In this document: positions 52,589 through 64,000 of the stretch, one piece after another | How positions within the stretch are numbered: the stretch's first letter is position 1 | Layout of the letters: each line of letters opens with the position of its first letter | DNA from: Heterodontus francisci | Lineage: Eukaryota | Assembly (NCBI RefSeq): GCF_036365525.1 | Contig: NC_090387.1 | Location: 90,065,691 to 90,129,690 of the forward strand | Direction of reading: 5' to 3' | Length of the DNA: 64,000 nt | Notes under the pieces: generated by a model | What the model was told of the DNA's origin: nothing | Databases searched by the model: none | What the model saw: the letters and a program-made list of their open reading frames with translations, nothing else | Translations under genes and position numbers: made by a program

Positions 52589-53358
52589 TGTTACAACCAG
52601 GTGAGAGAGGTGTCTAGGGGTCTGTTGCGGTCTTCACCTGGTCTTCTTGTAACAGGGATTAATTTTGAAGTTTGTATTTTGTGTTCCCCTTTTTGTGAAT
52701 CCTTGTTCACCGTTTCCAATTAAGATAAAGAAATGAGCACACCAGGTTTTCTCAGGTTGAAAGAAGAAAAATAAAATGTATTAAACCTTAAACATTATCT
52801 CTAATATGGTTAAAGCCAACGGATATATGACGTGCCCACGCCAGCATGCACACATGATATATTCAAGCAAATAGGGAGAGAAAAGAGGAGAGGTGAGGGT
52901 AGAGAGGGGTTTGAGGCAATTTCAGAAGAGTTTCTTGATTCTGCGCTTCTAGCTCACTTGATTGTAGGCAGTTTTGTTTTTCGTCGGGGCCTCGCGTTCC
53001 TTCTAAACCTTGTTCACGTAGGAGACCTTTCTCTCTTTGAGGTTCATGTGTTTTCACAAGATGCAGTTCCGTGGGAAAGAGATGGAGCAGGGAGATAGGA
53101 CAGAGGTCTTCTCAGACCAGGAGCCATGAGCTTTCTTCACTCCAGAGAACATGAGTTCAAATCCCTTGTTGGAAGTTCAAATCACAACAGCTAGCTAGTC
53201 ATGTGACTAAAACTGGTCTAACCACTTCTTCTGTATACTGGGGAAGTTGGTTACTATACAAATGTCTTTCCAGCAGCGGCTTGCAATCTTAAGTTTTAAT
53301 GTTCATGAGGCGAAATCATGTGTACCTTAGTCTTGGCAGGTAGGGGGCTTGCCTGACA
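52589..53358. mobile_element. Solo LTR (Gypsy/ERV-like)
   Basis: TGTTA…TGACA ends, 4-bp TSD actg (52585-52588, 53359-53362), 770 bp. Confidence 0.75.
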
Positions 53359-55069
53359 ACTGCCACTCACCTTGAAATATCCTGCAATATGTTGCGGATA
53401 TTTGTCATTGATCTTTTTGAGCAATATTTCTCTTCTTGGAATGAGTTACAATTGGGCCAAACATGCCTGATTAAGGTTTCTATTACATTGATAAACAGTG
53501 TGCATCTTATCTTTTTTAAGCTATCCTCGTGCCAGCTGAAGTATTTTTCACATCCCATTAAGAAGTATATTTGGTGCAACATTGCCACCTAGCTGTCACG
53601 TAAAAGGATACAATCTTCTTCGTGTTGAGCTTGGAAGCAGGTTACTTGACTTTTGCTAAGGGATTATCCATCAGTAACATAAAAATGAATACGCTTTAAA
53701 ACAAGTGGAGACAATCTTTATTGTGTTTTAAATCTGTTCATTTAATAAAGGATAAAGAGCATGAGCTGCAGTGAGGCGATATAAAACCTAACATTGGCAA
53801 TTGCGGCAGAACCACAAGTAGTCTTTATGTGGCTTTTGAGTCCGACACTAGCCATCTTCGATTTTAACCCATCCATGCTACAGCAGATTCGCGTATTGAA
53901 TTCATGTAAATAAAAGTCACAAATAATAAAGAACTTCAAGGACAAATACCGGGCTCCCTGAAATTCGGAAAGTTGCCGGGAAATCCGACCCTGTGAGTAA
54001 GTTAGTTCAGGTACTCGAGAGGGATTTCATGAGTAACCCGAAGAAGGATAGCACTAAAGCAACAGCAGTTTATGGGTTGGTTGCTGATGCAAAAGCAGTC
54101 ACCAAAAAAAAACACCAAAAGATTGAATGCAGTAAATTAAGGGAACAGTTGAAAACAGTACAAGGTAAAACTAATGATCTGTTAAGACTATTGAGCCTAG
54201 CAAATAAAAGCGGATAGGTTGTGTGGAAACCCTAATTAAGAAAGCGAAAGAAGCGAGAATCTTGAAACACAAAGCATTGCAGTAAATTGGAAGAAGTTGT
54301 GTCGGAGAAGAATGAGGAATTGAATCTTACACAGCAAACAAAGGCTGTGATGCAGTTTCAGGTATAGTGAAGAACCTTCAGGTTTGTATGCCTAATGTAA
54401 TAAAAGAATTAAGGAAAGAGAAAAATTAAAAGCCGATGGTGGTATTGTCCAGAAATAGGAGCGTCAATACAAGCGTGACAAGTAGATTGTTTACATTTGA
54501 TGGGCATTGGGTTAAGTAGCAAACATCGGAGATTGATAGCCGAAATGAGAGAATAGAATAAGTAGCATAGGACAGAACAAGAAGGGAAAAGGTCTCTTTT
54601 CTATTGGGTCAGGCTAGAGGATTACTCTTTTTTCCAATCTGCTCTCTCACTCGTGCACCAGCTGCCTTGTTGAGTGCCCATGCTTTGGCTGGCTCAACAC
54701 TTTTCTGAACTGTAATCCTTTGTATGTCATAATTCATATTCCCGGCCAGAATGTATTTTTTTTGTACTCAGTTATAGGCAACGGGTTTATGCGTAATCTA
54801 CAAGGCATAATAATTATTTGAAACCTTCCGGTTATTTGTAGCCGTGTGCTGGCTTGCTTTATATTAATTTTTTAAATGACATGTATGCTATTTTATCAGA
54901 TATTGTCTTGTTTACTCATTGGATGTGAATAGTGTCATTGATACTAATTGATGTGACTTTATACTGAGTGTCTAATCAAATTATTAAATTATCAATACCG
55001 GTTTTCTGGGATGACAACCACAGCCAGTTAAATTGTATCAACACTCATTGAACGCCCGACATTTTTTTA

Positions 55070-58000
55070 ATCGTTCACGGATGTGAAAGTCGCTCGAAAG
55101 TCCATCATTAATTGCCCATTCCTAATTACCCTTGAGAAGATGGTTGCAAGCGGCCTTCTTGAACTGCTGAAGTACATGTGCCATAGCTACGTTAAGGAGT
55201 GAGTTCCAGAAGTTTGACCCAGCGGCAGTGTAGAAACAGCGATATTGTTCCAAGGCAGGATGGTTCTCACGCTTCTGCTGCCCTTGTTCTTCCAGGAAAT
55301 AAAGATTGCGAGCATAGAAGATGTTGTAGAAGAAGGAATGACGAGTTACTGCAGTGCGTCTTGTAGATGGTACACACTGCTGCCACTGTGGCTCGATGGT
55401 GCGGGGTGGCGGGGTGGGGTGGGGGGGGGGGGGGGGGTGGGGGGTGGGGGGGTGGTGGGGGGCGGGGGCGAGCGGGGCCAATGAATGTTTAAGGTGGTGG
55501 AAGTCGTGACGATCAAGCAGGCAGCTTTATTCTGGGTGCTGTTGACCTTCTTGTGTGTTGTTGGAGCAGCGCTCTTCCATGCAACTGAAGAGTATTTCAT
55601 CACACACCTAACTTGCGCCTTGCACATTCTGGACAGGCTCTGGCGAGTCAGCAAGTGAGTTACTCACCACAGAATTACCAGCATCTGACCTGCTGTTATA
55701 GTCACAGTATCTTTATGGCTGGTTTTATTCAGTTTCTGGCCAATAGTAACGCTCAGCATGTTAGAGTCATAGAGTTGTGTAGCGCAGAAACAGGCCCTTC
55801 AGCCCTTAGTGTCTGCGCTGGCCATCAAGCACCTATCTATTCTAATCCAATTTCCCAGCACTTGGCCCGTAGCCTTGTATTCTATGGCGTTTCGAGGGCT
55901 CATCTAAATTCTTCTTGTTGATGGTGGGGGAATTCAGCAATGGTGATGCCATTGAATGTCAATGTGGTAAGATTCTCTCTTCTTGGAGATTGTCATTGCC
56001 TGGAACTTGCATGGCAAGAATGTTACTTGCCATTTTTGAGCACAAGCTTGAATAACGTCCAGGTCTTGCTGCATGTGGATACGGACTGCTACAGTATCTG
56101 AGAAGTTGTGAATGGTACTGAACACGGTGCAATCATCAGTGAACATTCCCACTTCTGACCTTATGTTGGAGGGAAGGACATGGATGAAACAGCTAAAGAT
56201 GGTTGGGCCTAGGACACTGCCCTGAGAATCTCCTACAGTGATGGTTTGAGCTAAGATGATTGGCCGCCAACAACCACAACCACAACCACAACCATCGTTT
56301 ATTTTGTGCCAGATATGACTTCGACCAGTGGGCGTACTTCTCCAGATTCCCATTGACTTAAATTTTGCTCAGGTTCCTAGATGCCACACTCTGCCAAATG
56401 CTACACTGATGTTAAGTTTCGTCACACTCCGTCTGGAATTCAGTTCGTTTGTCTAGGTTTGGACCAAGGCTATGATGAGGTATGGCACCAAGTGGCCCTG
56501 CCAGAACCCAACTCAGCATTAGTGAGCAGGCTTTTGCTGAATAATTGCCGCTTGATAGCACTGTTGATGACACCTTCCAGAACTTCGCTGATGATTGAGA
56601 GTAGACTGATGGGGTAACAATTGGCCGGATTGCATTTGTCCTTTTTTTTTAGTACAGGACATACGTGGGCAACTTTACAGATTGTCGGGTAGATGCCAAT
56701 GTCGTAGCTGTATTGGAACGGCTTGGCTAGGTGCACGTCCAGTTCTGGAGAACAGTCTTCAGTATCACAACTGGGATGTTGCCATGGCCCATAGCTTTTA
56801 CTGTATTCAGTGCATTCGGCCATTTCATGATATACACTGGGCGGAATGAATTGATTGAAGACTGTATCTATGATACTGGTACCTCATCCAGCCTGTGCTC
56901 CCGGCTGAAGATGGTTGCAAATACCTTTTACCTTTTGCACTGACGTGCTGGGCTCCCCCATCATTCAGGATGGGGATGTTTGTGGAGAATCCTCCTCTGA
57001 TTGGTTGTTTATCTATCAACCACCATTCACCACTGGATATAATAAGACAGCTGCAGAGCTTTGATCTGAACCACTGGTTGCGGAATGGCTTAGCTCTGTC
57101 TATCGCATGCTGCTTCGGCTGTTTAGCATACACGCAGTCCTGCCATATAGTTTCACCTGGTTGTCACCTCATCTTTGGTATGCCTGGTGCTATTCCTGAT
57201 ATGCTCTCCTGAACTCCTTATTCAATCAGGATTGGTCCTCTGGCTTGATGGTAATGATGGAGTGAGGAATATGCTGGACAGATAAAAAAAATTGTTGTTG
57301 AGTACAATACTGCTGCAGCCAATGGCCCACAGCGCATCATGGATGCCTAGTTTTGAGCTGCTACATCGGTTCTGAATCTACTCCACGTAGCATGGTGGTA
57401 GCGCCAGACAATTCGATGTAAGCATCCTCAGTGTGAAGAGGCGAGTTCGTCTCCACAAGGACGATGTGGTGTTCACTTCTACCAATGTTGTCATGGAATT
57501 TTCAACCAGTAGATTGGCAAGGACAAGATCAAGTAGGTGTTTCCCTCACTACCTGCTGCAGGCCTAGTCTCGCAGATATTTCTTGAGTCATTAGTGGTTC
57601 TCCCGAGCCACTCTTGGTGATGGACGTTACATCCCCTGCCACAGCACACATGGTCTCTTTGCTATCATTAGTGCTTCTTCAAACACCGACGAGTACTGAT
57701 TCATCAGCTGAGGGAGAACAGCAATTGGTAATCAGCAGGAGGTTTCCTGGCCCATGTTTGACCTGATGCCATGAGACATGATCGGAGGCTGGAGTTAATA
57801 TGGAGGGGCAACAAGACATACCAAGGCATGGTAATGGAGGATCCTGGGTTACTGGTTGCAATGTATGATTCAGTGAGTATTACAATATCAGAAGGTTGCT
57901 TGATTAGTCTGCGTGGCAGCTCTCCCAATTTTGGCACACATCCCCAGATTTTAAGGAGTAGGACTTTGCAGGGTCGAGTCGACAGACTGCCTTTTTTGTT

Positions 58001-58310
58001 TCCACTGTCTAGGTTGATGCTGGGTGGTCCATCAGGTTTTGTGACTTGCTAGCAGACAACCACATTGCTGTGTATCTGAAGTTACATGTAGGTAGTTCTC
58101 CTTCCCTTAAGGGAATCGCTGAACCATTAGGGCTGGGGTGGTGGGATTATGACAATCCAGTAGTTTCATGATCATCACTACAAAGACTTGCTTTTTATGC
58201 CAGTTTTACAGATTAACATCACTGATGCGATTTGAGCTCATGCCTCCGGAGCATTAGTCTGGGCACATGGATTACTAGTTCAATAACATTACCACTATGC
58301 TACCCTTCTT
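55070..58310 (-). mobile_element. L2/CR1-group LINE, long decayed copy
   Basis: QGSVLGPTIFSCFI..MFTDDCT, PISLLSIISEVLE, KQPSDIVILTESY (APE) peptides. Confidence 0.85.
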
Positions 58311-59329
58311 TCTATGTGGCATATGAGATCATGTAACAATGGATATTTTCAGTTCATCCTCCATCACATGGAAGCTTACTTTGAGCGGTGTCTGAATAAA
58401 TACGAAGTGACAGTTAAATATTACCTGTAATAAAAGTAACCAGATAATCATAATAGCTATTCAGAATATAAATATATTTGGCATATAAAAAACCTAGTTA
58501 AAATAGAAGACATTAAATTATGTCTTTGGGGAATTATTTAACTTAATATTGGACTCCCAATTCTAGCGAGTTTTAAAGTGGTCCTGCTTTATACTTATCT
58601 GTTTTGTTTGCATAAGACACGGCTCGGCAACATTATGTTTCATTTTAAATTAAATAAACAAATAATGTTCAGTGTTCCCCTATAGAAACATGCTGCGTGC
58701 GTTTACAGGAATATGAAGAGCAGTGATAATTGTAATCCATCAACTAATGATTTATGTTTGTTTCAATAGATTTACATTCGCTAAGGATACAACCTCTTCG
58801 ATTTTGGAAACCCTCTCCTGTACCTCTGGTGCTGTCGTTAAATGTAATAAAGTTAGAAATTAGGAAATCTTTTGTACCTTTACTAGCAACTGCAGTTGGT
58901 TCTGTCTTCCAGATTACAGACTATTTTACTTACCACGAGCAGTGATTAACCCTTGAGTTCAATTCTTCACATTCATTAAGAATCCAGGTTCAAATCTTCA
59001 ACTCTATTTGCAATGTATTTAAGCTGAATTACTGAGCGTAAAATTGAGATTGTTTTGATGAAATAAGAATGATTAAGCCAATGAAGGGAAGCGAGAAAGA
59101 ATGGGCCTGTTCATGCGTTTGGACCCAGAAACTGATATTGCAAAAGATATCTGGAACTGCTTTGATGAAATGTCAAGAAGCCGGTTGAAATTATAGAATT
59201 TACATGTTGGGGCTGAAGATTTCTTGTAGTGAAGATACAACTTACACATCATGTTTGCAACAGAACGGCCCAATAAGATGCTCGTGCTAACCTATGTTTT
59301 TCTGCATGTGTACTTGTTCTATTCTTACA

Positions 59330-60145
59330 CGGATCTGGGGGTCGTTGGCTAGGCCAGCATTTATTGCACATCCCCTAATTCCCTTGAGAAGGTTGTTGTG
59401 ATCTGCCTTCTTGAACTACTGCAGTCCATGTGGTGTAGGTCACCAGCACCACCAGAAGGGCGTTCCAGGATTTTGACCCAGCAACGGTAAAGGAATGGTG
59501 ATAGAGTTCCAAGTCAGGATGGTGTGTGGCTTGGATGGGTGGTGTTCCCATGCATCTGCTGCCCTTGTTCTTCTAGGTGGTCGAGGTCACCAGTTTGAAA
59601 GGTGCTGTCGGAGGAGCCTTGTGAGTAGCTGCAGTGTGTCTCGTAGATTGCACACACAGCTGCCATTGTGCAGCGGTGGTGGAAGTGCTGAATGTTGAAG
59701 GTAGTGAATGGGATATCAATCAAGCGGGCTGCTTTGTCCTGAATGGTGTCGATCTTCTTGAGTGTTCTTGGAGCTACACTCATCCAGGCAAGTGGAGAGT
59801 ATTCCATCATACTCCTGACTTGTGCCTTGTAGATGGTAGACAGACATTGAGCAGTCAGAAGGTGATTTACCTGCCGCAGAATTCCCAGCCTCTGACCTGC
59901 TGTTGTAGCCACAGTACTTATACGGCTGGCCCATTTCAGTTTCTGGTCAATGGTAATCCCCAGGATATTGGTAGTGCGGAATTCAGCAATGGTAAAAGCA
60001 CTGATTGTCAAGAGGAGATGGTTGGATTTATCTTGTTTGTGATGGTCACTGCCTGGTACTTGTGTGGCGCAAATGTAACTTGTCACTTATCACCCCACAC
60101 CTGAATGTTGTCCAGGTCTTGCTGCATATGGACACGGACTGTTTC
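59330..60145 (-). mobile_element. L2/CR1-group LINE 3' fragment
   Basis: ORF 59514-60086: LGITIDQKLKW..YKAQVRSMMEYSPLAW..IQDKAARLI. Confidence 0.88.
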
Positions 60146-61069
60146 GGTATTATAACATTTATAAGTAGTAAGAGGATCTGGAAGTAAGTGAAATAAATGA
60201 AGAATATCATGGAAACTGTGTCAGAGATAGTTGTGTGTAGGATCTTATAGCGAAGGTATTTTCCTGAGTACCAAGTAGGGGAATGCAGGATAGTGTATGT
60301 TGCGATAGGTTAACAGTTTGATATGGTTAAAGGATATCATGGGATAGTTAGCATTGGAATGTGTAATACGGAAAGTGGACGAATTGGAAATTACCTCTTT
60401 GCTAATAGTTTAGTAACAGACTTAGCAAGTCTGGACAATGTATCAAAAAGAGAATTTTATCAGGGCTGTCAGAGACATCGACAACTGTGCACGTGAAAAC
60501 GTCCTTCTGCTATGAACCTCGACACGTGTAAGGCTCCTTGGAATAGGGATCTCAACCCTTAGGTTCCTCCCATATCTATAGTTAGTTTAGAAATGTATTT
60601 GTTATAATTCATTAGCTCCAGTTATTTGTTGGATGTCTTTCCGTGTCTAGACCAGAATTTTCCATGTCTCATTTCGCTCTAGATTCTAAGTTCTACCATC
60701 TTTCGCTGTGTCAGCACTTATCACCAGTTCATAGATCCATCCACCTTCCTGTGAATTCACCACGCTAACCTTCACTATTCTTTATTCGTTCATGTTGTAG
60801 TAAGTGAGTGCTAACTGCTTCTTCTCTAATCTACAGCTGCAGGCTTACAGCACTCTTGACATCCTGTATCTATTCCCCCCAATTGCAATATATATTGTTC
60901 CCTGGCATCTTCCCCACTATAACCATATGGCTATTGTATCCTACAGTTACTATAGAGGGCTACAGTAAAGGAGAAATGATGGAGACCACAGACATGCATT
61001 GGGTGTGATTCAACAGTTATCGGGTGAGAAATAACGAGGATGCCATTAACAATAAAAAGAACAGTATTA

Positions 61070-61830
61070 TGGTGGTAGGGAAATATAGGGACAGGTGGGG
61101 ATGTGGTAGGAATATGGAATTAGTGTAGGATTAGTATAAATGGGTGGTTGATGGTCGGCAGAGACTCGGTGGGCCGAAAGGCCTGTTTCAGTGCTGTATC
61201 TCTAAAATTAAAAACTAAAAGAAAACAAATTAAGACTGAAATGAATAAAGACTCACCAGCCACTCACAAATTTCCTTGTGCTGTCTTCATTTTATTTAAT
61301 AGGCAGTTAACTGAAGTGTTTTACTCAACTTCCACTATCAATATACCTCAGATTTTAATCTGCTGAAAAATTCACAACGCATTCGCGATCTCTTGTTAAT
61401 TAATTTTAACTTTATCCCCGATATTTGATTAATTATTTGTTGATTATAATTATGAGAAATTTCCAAATTGACTTCGCTTTTATGCTAAATAATTGATCTA
61501 GTTTTTAGTTTAGTTTTAAGATACAGCACTGAAACAGGCCCTTCGGCCCACCGAGTCTGTGCCGACCATCAACCACCCATTTATACTAATCCTATATTAA
61601 TTCCATATTCCTGCTACATCCCCACCTGTCCCTATATATTTCCCTACCACCTACCTTTACTAGGAGCAATTTATAATGGACAATTTACCTATCAAACTGC
61701 AAGTCTTAGGCATGTGGGAGGAAACCGGAGCACCCGGAAGAAACCCAAGCAGACACAGGGAGAACTTGCAAACTCCACACAGGCCGGATTTGTGAGGCTG
61801 CGGTGCTAACCACTGCCGCACTGTGCCGCC
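61070..61830. mobile_element. Two HE1-like SINEs tail-to-tail (+ 61070-61215 partial; - 61500-61830)
   Basis: Match to the 29101 copy; (aaaact)n tails. Confidence 0.85.
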
Positions 61831-61919
61831 CGAGTCCTACTTTATTAAGTTAAACTAAAAGCATACCAGTATTCTCACCCCATGTGACTCCTTGTCTTGT
61901 GACATCACTTCATGACATG

Positions 61920-62260
61920 CCCCTACCCCTCGGCATTTCTCCTTTCCAGCCTCGCTCTCTCTGACCGGGCTGTTCCCAGGTGCCGGCCTCTCTGACTGCT
62001 CCATTGTCTGGCATCGCCCTCGCTGGCCGTTCCCGGGCCTTGCCCCCTCTGACCACTCCACTCCCGCGCCTTGTCCGCTCTGACCACTCTGTCTCTGGGC
62101 CTTGCCTTCTCTGACCGTTCCAATCCGGGGCATTACCCCCTCTGATTACTCAGCTCCCAGACATCACCCTCTCTGTCCACTCTGTTCCTGGCCCTTGCTC
62201 CCTCTAACTGCTCTGCTCTCAGGGCTCTCTCTTAATAACCACTCAACTTACAGCCGCGCC
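61920..62260. repeat. Degenerate pyrimidine-rich tandem repeat (gggccttgcc..ctctgacc.. units)
   Basis: Recurrent ctctgac/ccttgc motifs at about 30-40 bp spacing. Confidence 0.6.
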
Positions 62261-62849
62261 CTCTCTCTTTATGTGTTCATGGATGTCGTGCACGTACAAC
62301 ACCGCCTGTTGTCTTTAACTAATGACCATCTGTCAGATATATCACTATCATGAGACTCTGTATGAATCCGATCATTATATAATAGGGTAATATAACAAGG
62401 GTAAAGAATAAGAGTTACACTACTAAATCTGCACCCTTATAAAATACAAGAGAGGTGTATTTCAGCAGTCGAGTGAGCATGTGGTCCCAGCTAATTTACA
62501 GTGTCTGAGGGACCCTATTCCCAGCAGAGAAAGAAAATAAATACTGATATTTTTATAGCTCCGTTCACAACTTCCGGAAGTCGCAAGGCGCTTTGCAGTA
62601 AATGAAGTACTCTTGAAGTGCTGTCACTGTTGCAATGTAGGAAATAGGGTGGCTCAAGGCCGATTAGGAAGCTCCTACAAACTGTAATAAAAACTGTAAT
62701 AATCGCCTTTGTCTCTTCTGTATCATACTGTGTTTCTATTAAAATCTGTTTTAGTGATTTTGGTTGTGCTGGCTGTGTGGCACTAATAAGGGCATAGTCG
62801 GAGTGGCTGGCAGGGATACTGGCATGCTCTCCTGGCACTGTGTCCTAGC

Positions 62850-63760
62850 AATGCTTTGCAAGAAATGAGTCTAGGCATGATGCGTCAATTTTAGAGACCC
62901 TGTCGGCAGTATCCCTCACAGCCAAAATGGCAGCAATGCATGCTTCCATTGGAGTGGGGTTGGGGTGGGGGTGGGGGGAGGGGGGGGGGGTTGCTGCCAG
63001 GAAAACTGTCAGAGCGGGCAACAGTGGATTCATCTCCATGGAGCTCATCATTGAGTTCATTGTTGATAGTATTGTTTCCATGCTCTGCGTTAAGCTGTGA
63101 CACAATTTGGAGCTGGAATTGTGCTTGCCCTGAGCCTTTCCACGCAGGCCTGCTGGCAGGCTGTCCAGTGCACCAACAGGTTCAGCAGACTGCGCCCACG
63201 AATTCAACATCTGAGCCCTCTGAAGCAGCGACAGATCTAGCTGGCACTTTTAGCACCCCATCCCCGTCTTCGCTCCTGCACACTTGTTGCCAGTGATTTA
63301 GCGAGGAATGAAACCTTCCGGAGGCTTCTCTCTCACTTTTACATGGTGTCAGCTTGAGCTGCCGCTTGGTCCAGTCTTATCGAGTCATGCTGTATCTTCC
63401 CTCTCCTGGAGTGGAAGGGGTCTGTTCACATTTTCATCATCTGAAATGGAAGAGAGGGACAAGGTTTTCTTTTAGTGTGCCGAGAGAAAATAGAGGGAAA
63501 TGGGTACTGAAAGGTGACTCAGTTTGTAATGCGGAATGGTAACGTGAGATAGAAGTAAGAAAGGAAAAGAGGGCAAGTTGTGAAGAAACCGTGTGCGACG
63601 TCTCCTCGAGCATTGCCATTCAACTCAGTCATCATTCTGCCCCTGTCCATGAAGGCCAGCACACTATAATACACAGGGAACACAATGTGCAGGTGAACTG
63701 GGCCTTTTCCAGTTGCAGCCTTCTGCAATGTGTTGTAAACAAACCTCTCCTACAAGAAAG
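62850..63760 (-). mobile_element. Possible PIF/Harbinger Myb-SANT ORF remnant
   Basis: QKAATGKGPVHLH..VLAFM.R resembles the TGGGP motif region of Harbinger accessory proteins; weak similarity only. Confidence 0.3.
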
Positions 63761-64000
63761 TATAGGTTAGTGACATTGTTCAGAGGTGTTCTGTGAATGT
63801 CCCTGTTAAAGTTGATTCATTCCTATGTTGTGTGTAAGGTATGAGATATGACGAAGAGGGAGTAGCAATACTGATGAGAGGAGGAGGTGTAGAATAAATG
63901 ACTATCAGTAAAAGGCAATAAAATGAGCTGCGCTATAGCGATTGCAGGACAGTGAAGGGTAGCAGGGCAGGCAACTAATGTGAGTAGCAAGGCTGCAAGT

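Noticed and set aside
55122-55654. Pro/Gly-rich ORFs
   Set aside because: Poly-G tract inside a LINE.

Overview
Eukaryotic, intron-rich vertebrate DNA. The repeat content (HE1-like V-SINEs, Deu-type SINEs, CR1/L2/RTE LINEs, Penelope elements) points to a cartilaginous fish, probably a shark. Most of the window is decayed transposable elements, and nearly all listed ORFs are TE fragments or noise. The host content is part of a tandem cluster of Ig-superfamily receptor genes on the + strand. (1) Two cytoplasmic-tail exons at 1566-1679 and 2358-2525, missed by the ORF track, end an upstream gene and carry ITIM/ITSM-like tyrosine motifs. (2) A second gene has open, phase-1-linked exons for a germline-joined V-J domain (34567-34878), a C1-set domain (38463-38771) and an uncharged TM segment (39466-39579). 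This is the architecture of an antigen-receptor chain without rearrangement. Its homologous tail exon (44320-) lacks the first tyrosine motif, and the other two Tyr positions are stop codons. This suggests an inhibitory/non-signalling (decoy or decaying) receptor pair. Other notable items: a retroviral pol plus env-like remnant with an LTR, Penelope-type minimal hammerhead ribozymes, and several TE insertions with clean TSDs. TE boundaries are approximate unless a TSD or TIR is given.
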